From NCBI GenBank assembly GCA_045630425.1, contig JAZQTB010000100.1, positions 1 through 62,239 on the forward strand: a stretch of DNA of 62,239 nt, in the 5' to 3' direction. Shown here piece by piece: positions 19,008 to 28,261 of this stretch. The number at the start of each line of letters is the position of its first letter. Positions within the stretch are counted from its first letter, which is position 1. A program made the translations under genes and the position numbers. The DNA comes from Kiritimatiellia bacterium (GTDB lineage: Bacteria; Verrucomicrobiota; Kiritimatiellia; RFP12; UBA1067). The notes beneath the pieces were generated by a model that was given only the letters and a program-made list of their open reading frames with translations, was not told where the DNA came from and did not search any database.

Positions 19008-19991
19008 ATGAATAAACTCAGTTTGGCTCTCTCGCTTGCTGCCGTCGCGGCGGTTTCAGGTTGTCTGGATCCCCAGTATAAGAGTCCGCGTTCGAAAACT
19101 CAAACGACAGCGGTGGTAGAACCCGCCAAGCCCGTCGAGCCCGTTAAACCCGTTGAGACGACGCCCCCGCCGCCCGCCACCATAGAAGTTGTCGATCAGC
19201 CTGAGGTTAAGATCGTCGAAAGCGTTAAGCCTGTCGTCAAGGAACCTGAATTTACGACCTACATTATCCAGCGCGGCGACACACTCTCCAAGATTTCCAA
19301 GCGCTACAACATCAAGATCGACGCCATCAAGGCCAACAATCCGCAGATTAAGAAGGATGTCGTTCGTCTCGGTCAGAAGATCAAGCTTCCCGGCAAGGTC
19401 GATGTAGGGGATCAGACGGTGCCCGAGGGTTCGTTCGCCTCCTCTTCCGCCAAGCCCGCCAAGCCCGCCGCGGCCGCTAAGGCCTATACCGGCGCGACCA
19501 AGGAGTATGTCGTCAAAAACGGCGATACCCTCGGCGGAATCGCGATCGCCTCCGGAATTTCCGTCCGTCAGCTTAAGGAACTGAACGGTCTTTCGAAGGA
19601 TGTCATCCGTGTCGGTCAGAAGCTTAAGGTTCCCGCCTCGAAGGTTGAAAAAACCGCCAGGCCCGCCGCCGCCAAGGTCGAATCCAAGAATCCCGCCAAG
19701 ATCGAAAAGCCCGTCGAAACGGCCCCTGCCGCGGTCGAGTCTGCCGCCGCCGAGACTGCCGACAATCCCGAGCAGCCCGCAGTCGACGCGGAAGTCAAGG
19801 ATCCCGCGCCTGCCGCCGCCGCTGCCGGCGTCAAGTATACTAATTACACCGTTGTTGACGGCGATGACCTTATCGGTATTTCCATCCGTGAGAATCTGAG
19901 CGTCGCCGAAATCCGCGAACTCAACAACATCCCTCAGGATGAAGACGTTAAACCCGGAATGGTGATTAAACTTCCCGTTCCCGCTCTCTGA
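19008..19991 (+). CDS. LysM-repeat lipoprotein (three LysM domains, Pro/Ala/Lys-rich linkers)
   Basis: ATG at 19008 opens MNKLSLALSLAAVAAVSGC (lipobox). LysM units: YIIQRGDTLSKISKRY.., YVVKNGDTLGGIAIASG.., YTVVDGDDLIGISIREN... Confidence 0.8.
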   Translation: MNKLSLALSLAAVAAVSGCLDPQYKSPRSKTQTTAVVEPAKPVEPVKPVETTPPPPATIEVVDQPEVKIVESVKPVVKEPEFTTYIIQRGDTLSKISKRYNIKIDAIKANNPQIKKDVVRLGQKIKLPGKVDVGDQTVPEGSFASSSAKPAKPAAAAKAYTGATKEYVVKNGDTLGGIAIASGISVRQLKELNGLSKDVIRVGQKLKVPASKVEKTARPAAAKVESKNPAKIEKPVETAPAAVESAAAETADNPEQPAVDAEVKDPAPAAAAAGVKYTNYTVVDGDDLIGISIRENLSVAEIRELNNIPQDEDVKPGMVIKLPVPAL

Positions 19992-19997
19992 CGCCAG

Positions 19998-21143
19998 GTG
20001 CGCAAGTCCTGGTTATATATATTGGGCCTGGTTGTCGCGACTCTCGTGGCGCTGGGCCTGATTGTTCTTTTCAGCGCGAGTGAGATCCGCGCCTCGATGC
20101 GGTATCACGATTCTCTCTTTTTCGTGAAGAGACAGCTGGTATTCATCGGTGTCGGAATATTCGTTCTGGTTTCCTTAGCGATTTTCGATTACCGCAACTG
20201 GCGCAATCATTGGGGGCTCGTCGCGTTTTTTTCAGGGTGCATTTTTCTTGCGCTCCTCTGCGTTTTTCTCTATAAGCCGATCAACGGTTCCCAGCGCTGG
20301 ATACCTTTGGGTCCCGTGAATTTCCAGCCGGCGGAATTCGCGAAGCTCTTTACCGTCATCGCCGTCTCGGTCTGGCTCGACAGGGCCGCATTGAAGATGG
20401 ACAAGTTTCTCGACGGAGTGTTCTGGCCGGTGTCGATAATCGCCATGATGTCGCTGCCGGTCTTTTTCCAGCCGGACTTCGGTTCGGTGATGGTCATCGG
20501 CGCCGTCGGCTTTATGCTTATGTTCGTGGCCGGCAGTAAAATTCTCCACATGATTCCGTTTATTGCGGCGGGCGCGGGGGCGTTCATCTGGAAGGTGGCC
20601 AACACGCCGAACAGAATGGCCCGTCTTTTCGCTTTCACCGGAATCACGATCGAAGGCGCCGAGACCGCCGCCGCCAACGCGTCCCACCAGAGCCAGATGT
20701 CGCTCGTCGCCATCTATCGCGGCGGACTGTTCGGAAAGGGGCTTCTCAGGTCGATGCAGAAGCAGAGTTATCTGCCCGAGGCGTGGACCGATTTCATTCT
20801 GGCCGTCGGCGCAGAAGAGATGGGACTGCTGTTCTCGGTCGCCGTGATCATTCTCTTTTTCTTCCTTTTCATTCTCTGTCTTCTGATCGCGAGCAATGCC
20901 GCCGACAGGTTCGGTCAGCTTCTGGTATTGGGGATGACCTTCGTCATTTTCTTTCCTGCGATGTTCAACATCGGAGTCGTTTGCGGGGCGTTGCCGACTA
21001 AAGGGATGGCTCTGCCGTTTTTCAGTTACGGCGGGACGCACATTCTGGCGTCCTTCGTGGAACTCGGCATTATCTTTTCGGTAGGAGTGCACACTCTAAA
21101 GGAAAAAAAACGCGTGTTCCAGCGTAAGAACGCAAGAGCCTGA
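19998..21143 (+). CDS. ftsW: SEDS-family peptidoglycan glycosyltransferase FtsW/RodA
   Basis: Polytopic membrane protein with FQPAEFAK and LPTKGMALPFFSYGG motifs. GTG start per the ORF track. Confidence 0.85.
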   Translation: MRKSWLYILGLVVATLVALGLIVLFSASEIRASMRYHDSLFFVKRQLVFIGVGIFVLVSLAIFDYRNWRNHWGLVAFFSGCIFLALLCVFLYKPINGSQRWIPLGPVNFQPAEFAKLFTVIAVSVWLDRAALKMDKFLDGVFWPVSIIAMMSLPVFFQPDFGSVMVIGAVGFMLMFVAGSKILHMIPFIAAGAGAFIWKVANTPNRMARLFAFTGITIEGAETAAANASHQSQMSLVAIYRGGLFGKGLLRSMQKQSYLPEAWTDFILAVGAEEMGLLFSVAVIILFFFLFILCLLIASNAADRFGQLLVLGMTFVIFFPAMFNIGVVCGALPTKGMALPFFSYGGTHILASFVELGIIFSVGVHTLKEKKRVFQRKNARA

Positions 21144-21147
21144 TTTT

Positions 21148-22434
21148 ATGAGCGGCTTTTCCCAGGATCATCCGTTGACGGTTTCAAGGCTGACGCTTGA
21201 AATAAAACAGCTCCTTGAAGGGAAATATTCCAATGTTTTCATAGAGGGAGAGATAAGCGGTTTTAAGCGCTATCCGAGCGGTCATGTCTATTTTACGCTC
21301 AAGGACGAAGGCGCGCAGATGTCGGCGGTCATGTTCAAGGCGTATTTCGACCGGTGTAAGGCTCGGGACGGTCTCAGGGACGGGGCGAAGGTTCTTCTGT
21401 ACGCCACGGCCACGATTTACCCTCAGCGCGGCAACTGCCAGCTGACGGTTAAAGACGCCAGGCTTATCGGCGCGGGCGATCTGATGCGGCGTTATCTCGA
21501 GCTGAAAGACCGCCTCGGCAGGGAAGGGCTCTTTGATTCTTCAAGAAAGCGTCCGCTGCCGTTTCTGCCGCGCCGCATCGGTATCGTTACGAGTCCCGCC
21601 GGAGCGGTCGTTCACGACATGTGCCGCGTGATGACGCGGAGAATGCCTAACGTCGAGATCCGCATATTTCCCGCCAAGGTTCAGGGCGCGGACGCTCCGG
21701 CGTCGTTAATTGCGGGCGTGAAATATTTTATCAATTCCTCCGCTTCTGATTTTAAGCCTGATCTGATCATCGTTGCGCGCGGCGGCGGTAGTTTTGAAGA
21801 TTTATTCTGCTTTAATGACGAGGGTCTGATAAGGGTAATGGCATCTTCTCCCGTTCCCGTCATTTCGGCGGTGGGACACGAGACCGATTACACGCTTTGC
21901 GATTTCGCCGCCGACGTCCGGGCCGGAACTCCCTCGATCGCGGCCGAGATCGCGCTTCCCGAAAAGAAGGAACTTCTTAAACGGCTGAACGCCGCGCTTT
22001 CATCGGTGACCTCCTCTCTGCGCGGCAAATACGAGAACCAGTCCCAACGCGTCGATCATCTTTCCGATAGGCTTGCGTACTCTTTAGAGAAAAGGGCGGA
22101 CGGCTCTGAGCGGCGGCTTCAGCGCGCCGAATCTTCGCTGTCTCTTCAGATCGAGTCGATGCGCTCGAGGTGTGCGGTTTGTCTTAAAACCGTCAACGGA
22201 CTTTTCGATTCGCTTTTGTCGTCGCTCGCTCTCGCCGTCGAGAAAAAAGGCGCTCGGATAGACAGGTCCGCGGCCAAGCTGTCGGTGCTCTCGCCGTATT
22301 CGGTTTTGGAGCGCGGTTATTCGCTTACAACCGATTCCTCGGGCGCGGTCGTAAAGAGCGCCGACGCCGTCGCTCCAGGCGATGTTATAACCACGCGGCT
22401 GATGTCGGGCGAAATCCGCTCTACGGTGGAATAA
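21148..22434 (+). CDS. xseA: exodeoxyribonuclease VII large subunit
   Basis: N-terminal OB fold (VFIEGEISGFKRYPSGHVYFTLKDE), IGIVTSPAGA, ARGGGS.EDL, and a long C-terminal helical region. Confidence 0.9.
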   Translation: MSGFSQDHPLTVSRLTLEIKQLLEGKYSNVFIEGEISGFKRYPSGHVYFTLKDEGAQMSAVMFKAYFDRCKARDGLRDGAKVLLYATATIYPQRGNCQLTVKDARLIGAGDLMRRYLELKDRLGREGLFDSSRKRPLPFLPRRIGIVTSPAGAVVHDMCRVMTRRMPNVEIRIFPAKVQGADAPASLIAGVKYFINSSASDFKPDLIIVARGGGSFEDLFCFNDEGLIRVMASSPVPVISAVGHETDYTLCDFAADVRAGTPSIAAEIALPEKKELLKRLNAALSSVTSSLRGKYENQSQRVDHLSDRLAYSLEKRADGSERRLQRAESSLSLQIESMRSRCAVCLKTVNGLFDSLLSSLALAVEKKGARIDRSAAKLSVLSPYSVLERGYSLTTDSSGAVVKSADAVAPGDVITTRLMSGEIRSTVE

Positions 22435-22468
22435 GAGCCGACATGTAAAAATAAAAAGCGCAGCCCTA

Positions 22469-22498
22469 TTGACGAACAGGCGGAATATTTGGTATCAT
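22469..22498 (+). promoter_or_regulatory. sigma70-type promoter for the tRNA gene
   Basis: TTGACG (22469-22474), 18-nt spacer, TATCAT (22493-22498) preceded by TG (22490-22491). It ends 32 nt upstream of the tRNA. Confidence 0.6.
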
Positions 22499-22530
22499 AT
22501 GCACCTGTTGTGTTTAAGCAATAAATCTTT

Positions 22531-22606
22531 GGCGAGATAGCTCAGTTGGTAGAGCGCAGGACTCATAAGCCTAAGGTCAAGGGTTCGATCCCCTTTCTCG
22601 CCACCA
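22531..22606 (+). tRNA. tRNA with CAU anticodon (elongator Met, or Ile2 if C34 is lysidinylated)
   Basis: 76-nt cloverleaf: acceptor GGCGAGA/TCTCGCC, D arm GCTC..GAGC, anticodon loop CTCATAA, T arm AAGGG-TTCGATC-CCCTT, and encoded CCA. The G1-C72 pair argues against an initiator. Confidence 0.9.
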
Positions 22607-22634
22607 TTCTTCCATCAATATACGGGTCAAGACG

Positions 22635-23930
22635 ATGTTCGAAGGAAATATTTTCGGCAAGCTCGATCAGAAACTACAGCACGCCGTTGCGGATGCAGGC
22701 TACAAAACCCCCACCCCCATCCAAGAAGAGGCGATACCCGTTTTGCTGAAGGGCCGCGATCTGATCGGCTGCGCCCAGACGGGTACGGGTAAGACGGCGG
22801 CGTTCATGCTTCCCATTCTGAACCATCTCGTCAAGGTCCGCAAGCCCCGCCGCACAGGCCATCCGCGCGCGCTTGTTCTTTCGCCTACGCGCGAGCTCGC
22901 GGCCCAGACGGCGGAGAACGTCAAAAAGTATTCCAAGCATGCGGGGCTTCCTTTCGCGTGCGTGTTCGGCGGCGTTTCCCAGTATGGTCAGGTAAAGGAG
23001 ATAAAGAAGGGCGCCGAGACCCTGATCGCGTGCCCCGGGCGTCTTATCGATTTGATGACCCAGGGGATAATCTTTCTCGATCAGGTCGAATGTTTCGTTC
23101 TCGACGAGGCCGACAGAATGCTCGACATGGGATTTCTGCCCGACATAAAGCGTATCATATCCAAACTGCCCAAAGTCCGTCAGTCGCTCTTCTTCTCGGC
23201 CACGATGTCGCCGCAGATCCGTAAACTCGCCGCCGAACTCGTCACCGATCCCGTCGAGATAACGATCGCTCCCGAGGCGCCGACCGTCGAGAAGATCAAT
23301 CAGCGCGTTATGATGGTCGAGAAGAACGATAAGGATTCGCTTCTGATCCATCTTCTCGAGAACCACCCCGAATGGACGAAGGTTATCGTTTTCGCCAAAA
23401 TGCGCCACGGCGCGGACAGAGTCAACAAGAAGCTTTTCCGCGCAAAGATCCCCTCCGCCGCGATTCATTCCGACAAAACCCAGAATCAGCGCACGCGCGC
23501 GCTCGAAGGTTTCAGGCGCGGAGACGTGAGAGTTCTCGTCGCGACGGATATCGCGAGCCGCGGCATCGACGTTCCCGACGTTTCGTGCGTGATCAATATG
23601 GAGCTGCCGCTCGAGACCGAGAGTTACGTCCATCGCATCGGACGTACGGCGCGCGCGGGCGAGTCTGGCGCGGCGATAAGTTTTGTGACCTCTTCGGAGC
23701 GCAATCAGCTCAAGGCTGTCGAGCGCTTTATCAAAAAGACGATTCCCGTCGACCGAGACCATCCCTATCACAGTTCCGCCGCCGACAGGAAGAACGGCAA
23801 GGAAGGCGAGGGTCTGGCTCCGGCGCCGTGGGTCCATCCCGCAAACCGAAACCGTTCCAATAAGAAGCGCAACGGCCGGAAGTCTTTTCTCGGCCGCCGT
23901 CAGCCCGATTTCGGCCAGAAGCGCGATTGA
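22635..23930 (+). CDS. DEAD-box ATP-dependent RNA helicase (RhlE-like)
   Basis: Q motif region, AQTGTGKTAAF, VLDEADRMLDMGF, SAT, HRIGRTARAG, and a basic C-terminal tail. Confidence 0.9.
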   Translation: MFEGNIFGKLDQKLQHAVADAGYKTPTPIQEEAIPVLLKGRDLIGCAQTGTGKTAAFMLPILNHLVKVRKPRRTGHPRALVLSPTRELAAQTAENVKKYSKHAGLPFACVFGGVSQYGQVKEIKKGAETLIACPGRLIDLMTQGIIFLDQVECFVLDEADRMLDMGFLPDIKRIISKLPKVRQSLFFSATMSPQIRKLAAELVTDPVEITIAPEAPTVEKINQRVMMVEKNDKDSLLIHLLENHPEWTKVIVFAKMRHGADRVNKKLFRAKIPSAAIHSDKTQNQRTRALEGFRRGDVRVLVATDIASRGIDVPDVSCVINMELPLETESYVHRIGRTARAGESGAAISFVTSSERNQLKAVERFIKKTIPVDRDHPYHSSAADRKNGKEGEGLAPAPWVHPANRNRSNKKRNGRKSFLGRRQPDFGQKRD

Positions 23931-23960
23931 CCGCGCGGTAACCCTGGAATATCCCCCGTT

Positions 23961-23990
23961 TTGCACGATCTGCGGAATTTTTGGTATAAT
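23961..23990 (+). promoter_or_regulatory. sigma70-type promoter with extended -10, 11 nt upstream of the nrnA ATG
   Basis: TTGCAC (23961-23966), 18-nt spacer, TATAAT (23985-23990) within TGGTATAAT (23982-23990). ATG at 24002. Confidence 0.55.
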
Positions 23991-24001
23991 CTGTTTTTCT
24001 T

Positions 24002-25003
24002 ATGCAGAAATTCCGCGAAAGTTATATTTCAATCAGGAAGGCGATCGAGTCGTCGTCGAGGATTCTCATATCCGGGCACTTAAGCCCCGACGGGGATTCT
24101 TTGGGTTCGATGATCGCACTTGCCCGTCTTCTTACGGCGGCGGGATATCCCGCGTTCGCCGCAGCCGATCTGAACGCTGTCGGCAAATTGAAGATTCTTG
24201 ACGGAGTGGAAGATATAATTCCTTTGAGAAAGCTCAAGCGTCAGAAATTCGACCTGTTCATCGCCGTCGATTGCGGCGACATCGCGCGGCTTCCTCCGGA
24301 AATAAGACCCTTTGCCGAAAAGCTGCCGCGCGTATGTCTCGATCACCATGTGACCAACGACGGATCCTTCTCCGACGCGTGCCTTTTGGACGCCGACGCT
24401 TCGTCGGCCGGAGAGCTGGTATGGCGTTTTGCGAAATGGATGGAGTGGAAGCTCGATAAGATTTCCGCAGAGGCGCTTTGGGTCGCGATGATTACCGATA
24501 CGGGGCGCTTCGCGTACGATTCGACGCGTCCGGCGACATTGCGCGCCGCGGGCGACCTGCTTAAGCACGGCGTCAGAACGGCGTACTTCAACGATCTCAT
24601 CTACGGGACCTTTTCGCGCAAGTCGATTGAACTTAAACGCATCGCGTGGCGCTCGCTGCACGTATGGAAAAACCGCAAGGTCGCCGAAGTTACCCTTACG
24701 AGGGACGATTTCCGTTCGGTGCGCGGGACCAAGGCCGACGCCGAAGACATAATCGAGATTCCGAGATGCGTCGCCAGAAACGAGATCGCGCTGTTTTTCT
24801 ATCAGATTCCCGACCGGACCAGGGAGGTCCGCTGTTCGATCCGCACGCGCGGCGATTGGGACGCTACGGAGCTGGCTAAGAAGTTCGGGGGCGGCGGTCA
24901 CCGCAAGGCCGCGGGCTGCACGATCACCGGGACGATGAATGTCGCAAAGCGCAGGGTTCGCGCGGCGGTCAAGGAAATGCTCAAAGAAGCCTCCCGCAGG
25001 TAA
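24002..25003 (+). CDS. nrnA: DHH/DHHA1 phosphoesterase (NrnA-type oligoribonuclease/pAp phosphatase)
   Basis: GHLSPDGDSLGS, VDCGD, LDHH, and DHHA1 GGGGHRKAAG. Confidence 0.85.
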   Translation: MQKFRESYISIRKAIESSSRILISGHLSPDGDSLGSMIALARLLTAAGYPAFAAADLNAVGKLKILDGVEDIIPLRKLKRQKFDLFIAVDCGDIARLPPEIRPFAEKLPRVCLDHHVTNDGSFSDACLLDADASSAGELVWRFAKWMEWKLDKISAEALWVAMITDTGRFAYDSTRPATLRAAGDLLKHGVRTAYFNDLIYGTFSRKSIELKRIAWRSLHVWKNRKVAEVTLTRDDFRSVRGTKADAEDIIEIPRCVARNEIALFFYQIPDRTREVRCSIRTRGDWDATELAKKFGGGGHRKAAGCTITGTMNVAKRRVRAAVKEMLKEASRR

Positions 25004-25021
25004 CGTTTTCAAGGAGTGAAG

Positions 25022-25969
25022 ATGTCTAAAGCGCTGATTTTGACCGACGGCAAGGCGGGCCACGAAAACCAGTCGAAGGCGTTCGCGAGGGCGCTGGGCC
25101 TTGAGTTCGAGATCGCGCCGGTCCGTTTCAGGTCCGCCTTCCACAAGGCGCTTTCGTATCTTTTCGATAAAATCGGCGTCAACGCGCGGTGGCTCTGGGA
25201 ATTTTCCTCCGGCGCCGGCGACGTTCCGGAATTGAAAAACGGCGGACCGAGGCCCGTCGCGGTAATAGGCACGGGGAGCGGAACGTTCTATCCCGCGAAG
25301 TCTCTCGCCCGCTCGCTCGGCGTCAGGTGCGCGGTCGTTCTCTATCCGCGAGGGTACGACCTCAAATCGTTCGACTGCATAATGGCGCCGTCGTTCGACA
25401 ATCCCGAACGTCTTCCCAACGTCGTCGAGATTCCGGCAAATCTCGTTTCAAACGACGCGAAGTTCTACGAGGACGGGGTGGCTGCGTTCCGTTCGCGGTA
25501 TGTTCCCGGCGAAAGACGCGCAGTCGCCGTCATCATCGGCGGTCCCAACAGGTGTTCGACCATGGCCGCAGGATGGATGAAGGAGCGGCTCGACGAGATC
25601 TTTTCCAAAGCGGGCGACTGCGAGAAGTGGGTTACGACCTCGCGCCGCACGCCGGCCGACGTCGAGGCGCTGGTCGAGTCGTATCCGTGGGACTACAAAC
25701 TCATTTATTCCAAGGATCGTTTCAATCCGATCCCCGCTTTTGTCGCGCTCGCGAGCCGCCTTTACGTTACGGCGGAATCGACCGGAATGCTTTCGGAGGC
25801 GGCGACCTGCGGCGGCGCCGAGGTTTACGCGCTCGACAATCTGAAGCCGGGGAATCACAAGTTCCGCCGTTTCGTCGAGACGCTCCGCCGGAACGGGTAC
25901 GTCGACGGAGGTCGTAAGGTCGATCTTTCGGGTGAGGTGGCGCGCGCCGGAAAACTTCTGGGGCTCTGA
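25022..25969 (+). CDS. ELM1/GtrOC1-family protein (putative glycosyltransferase-like, DUF1022)
   Basis: LILTDGKAGHENQSKAFARALG N-terminus, typical of the family as I recall it. ATG at 25022 sits 5 nt after AAGGAG; the ORF track starts at GTG 25016. Confidence 0.5.
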   Translation: MSKALILTDGKAGHENQSKAFARALGLEFEIAPVRFRSAFHKALSYLFDKIGVNARWLWEFSSGAGDVPELKNGGPRPVAVIGTGSGTFYPAKSLARSLGVRCAVVLYPRGYDLKSFDCIMAPSFDNPERLPNVVEIPANLVSNDAKFYEDGVAAFRSRYVPGERRAVAVIIGGPNRCSTMAAGWMKERLDEIFSKAGDCEKWVTTSRRTPADVEALVESYPWDYKLIYSKDRFNPIPAFVALASRLYVTAESTGMLSEAATCGGAEVYALDNLKPGNHKFRRFVETLRRNGYVDGGRKVDLSGEVARAGKLLGL

Positions 25970-27138
25970 TGAAAACCGGCCGTTCCAGTCTATGGCGTCC
26001 GGTGGCGTTCCTCTGGATTCCTACCGTCGTCGCTCTGGCGATGGGCGGATATTTTTTCGCGACCGATTTTCGGGAGATGAGGCGGGACGAGGAAATACGT
26101 TATCTCGAAGACCTCGAACGCTTCGCGGAAGGGATTGAGCCTTTCGGCGTGCAGGATTTCGTGTGGAAAAAGGGCGAGGGCGTCGTAAGCGGCGACAAGT
26201 CGTGGGAGAGCGTGTTTCCGCCGGACAGCACATGGAAGAGTCTCGAGCCGGTCGACGGGACCAAGCGTAAACTGATGTGGGGGCGGCGCGACACCCCCAA
26301 GGGGCTCCTGGTATGGAAGCGTTCCACGGGCGAAGACGATTCGCTGGTTTATGCCGCCGTCTCGCATATCGAGAAGAGCAACAGGACCGATATGATCCTT
26401 ATCGTCGGTATAGTCGTCTTTTCCGGTCTGGTGTTCACGACCGTGGTGGGCGTGAAGTTCTTTATGGATTATGTTCAGACGCGTGATGATTTCATGGCCG
26501 CCGCGGCGCATGATCTGACGACTCCTCTCGCGGCCATGAGATTCATGATCGGCAGAAACGACGCGGAGGCTATGACTCTCTGCGAGAGAATGGTCCGGCT
26601 CGTGACGAACATCAGGGATTTCATGCGTCTCGGCGGAAGGCGTCCGAAGCCGGCTGTGGAGAAGTTTGATATTGTCAGGGCGTACGAAGAGGCGTATTCC
26701 GTTTTCAAGGAGGATTATCGCGATATGTTCAACGGCGACGATGTCGCGTTCGTGCGCGGAGACGGCGTTGCCGTGTCCGGTCCTATCGAGGTGACGGGCG
26801 ACGAAACCCTGACGGTTCAGATTTTATGGAACATCCTCGGCAACGATCTTAAATACGCCGCCCCGTACGGGAAGGTCGAGGTTCGCGTAAGTCAAGCGGA
26901 CGGTTTTGTCCGGATCGCGTTTCTGGACGAAGGGCAGGGGATGTCGCCGCGGGAGATGCGCAAAGCCTTCGACCGTTATTACAGGGCCAGGACCGTTCTT
27001 GTGTCGGGGAAGGGCGGTTTCGGAATCGGACTTCCGACGTCTTTGGAATTCGCGGAAGCGATGGGCGGCACTCTCACGGTCCGTCCGAACGAACCCGCGG
27101 GGTGCATATTCACGCTGTCGCTTCCGTGCGGCGCATAA
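25969..27138 (+). CDS. membrane sensor histidine kinase (no cognate response regulator adjacent)
   Basis: Two TM segments, H-box AAAAHDLTTPL, and N/G boxes (ILGNDLKYA, DEGQGM, GFGIGL). Confidence 0.85.
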   Translation: MKTGRSSLWRPVAFLWIPTVVALAMGGYFFATDFREMRRDEEIRYLEDLERFAEGIEPFGVQDFVWKKGEGVVSGDKSWESVFPPDSTWKSLEPVDGTKRKLMWGRRDTPKGLLVWKRSTGEDDSLVYAAVSHIEKSNRTDMILIVGIVVFSGLVFTTVVGVKFFMDYVQTRDDFMAAAAHDLTTPLAAMRFMIGRNDAEAMTLCERMVRLVTNIRDFMRLGGRRPKPAVEKFDIVRAYEEAYSVFKEDYRDMFNGDDVAFVRGDGVAVSGPIEVTGDETLTVQILWNILGNDLKYAAPYGKVEVRVSQADGFVRIAFLDEGQGMSPREMRKAFDRYYRARTVLVSGKGGFGIGLPTSLEFAEAMGGTLTVRPNEPAGCIFTLSLPCGA

Positions 27139-27170
27139 TGGGATTTTTGCAAAAAACACCGCATTATGCG
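27132..27170 (+). terminator. inverted repeat overlapping the kinase stop codon (terminator-like)
   Basis: CGCATAATG (27132-27140) / CATTATGCG (27162-27170). The loop contains a nested TTTTTGCAAAAA palindrome. Confidence 0.35.
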
Positions 27171-27179
27171 GCGTGGTTA

Positions 27180-27188
27180 TGGTATAAT
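27180..27188 (+). promoter_or_regulatory. extended -10 element TGGTATAAT, 8 nt upstream of the efflux adaptor ATG (leaderless-type)
   Basis: TGGTATAAT at 27180-27188 and ATG at 27197. No SD in the gap. Confidence 0.5.
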
Positions 27189-27196
27189 TATCCAAT

Positions 27197-28261
27197 ATGC
27201 AGAAATTTATATTCCTAACAAGTTGTCTTGTAACATTAACGGCGTTAACGGCTGAAGTCACATTGCCCGTACATGAAGTTGCCAACAGACCTCTCAAGGT
27301 CGAAACGCGATTGCCGGGGCGTGTCGTTTCAATTTCAAGAGTCGATGTCGTTCCTCAGGTTTCCGGCGAAATTCTCGAAGTCTGCTTCGAGAACGGCGCG
27401 CTCGTGAAAGAGGGCGACGTCCTTTATAAACTCGATCCCGTCAAGTACGCGGCGGCCGTTAAAAACGCCGAGGCCAAGGTTTCGGAGTGCAAGGCGAACG
27501 TAGCGTACGCGGAGCAGTCGTACAACCGCCACAAGCGCCTTCTCGAAACCCGCGCGGTCTCGCTCGACGCCGTGGATAATGCGCTCTCTCTGCGCGACTC
27601 GTCCCGCGCCGCGTACGCGGCGGCCCAGGCGGATCTCGTCTACGCCCGCGACAATCTTGATCACTGCGAGATAAAAGCTCCGATTTCCGGCAAGATCGGC
27701 TCGACCGCGATGACGCGCGGCAACTATGCGAAAGCCGCCGGCGATCCTCTCGTTTCGATCGTTCAGATTTCTCCGATACGCGTGCGGTTTTCCCTTTCCA
27801 ACCGGCGCTTTTTGAGCCTTTTCGGCGGCTTGACGCGCCGGCTGCGCAATGAGGCTACGGCTCAGATATTTCTCGCCAACGGCGAGGAGCATTCGTGCGA
27901 GAGCGAGTTCGAATACGTCGAGAATACCGCGGATGAGCTGACGGATACGATTCAGGTGTTCTTCCAGTGCCAGAATCCGGAGGCGACGCTCCGTCCCGGC
28001 GGGACGGTCACGGTGGTGCTCGGCTCGAAGAAGGGCGAGATGATGCCCGCGGTCCCGCCGAGCGCGATCATGCAGGACGTCCAGGGTCCTTATGTATGGA
28101 TTCTCGACGAGAGGAACACCGCTTCGCGCAGGTCTGTGGCGCGCGGCGATCTCGTCGGCGACTGGGTCTTTATCGAAAAGGGTCTTAAGGCGGGCGACAG
28201 AATCGTCGCCAACGGCGCTCATAAGGTCAAAAACGGCATGACGGTCAAGGCTGCAAAATGA
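27197..28261 (+). CDS. RND efflux periplasmic adaptor (membrane fusion protein)
   Basis: Signal/anchor then lipoyl-hairpin-barrel pattern (VSGEILEV.F.NGALVKEGDVLYKLDP ... IKAPISGKIG ...). 4-nt overlap with the RND permease. Confidence 0.85.
   Translation: MQKFIFLTSCLVTLTALTAEVTLPVHEVANRPLKVETRLPGRVVSISRVDVVPQVSGEILEVCFENGALVKEGDVLYKLDPVKYAAAVKNAEAKVSECKANVAYAEQSYNRHKRLLETRAVSLDAVDNALSLRDSSRAAYAAAQADLVYARDNLDHCEIKAPISGKIGSTAMTRGNYAKAAGDPLVSIVQISPIRVRFSLSNRRFLSLFGGLTRRLRNEATAQIFLANGEEHSCESEFEYVENTADELTDTIQVFFQCQNPEATLRPGGTVTVVLGSKKGEMMPAVPPSAIMQDVQGPYVWILDERNTASRRSVARGDLVGDWVFIEKGLKAGDRIVANGAHKVKNGMTVKAAK

Noticed and set aside
22531-22606. tRNA gene as the integration site of the accessory island.
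   Set aside because: The tRNA lies ~24 kb from the island boundary, with ordinary housekeeping genes in between. No tRNA-derived direct repeat was seen at 46.95 kb.
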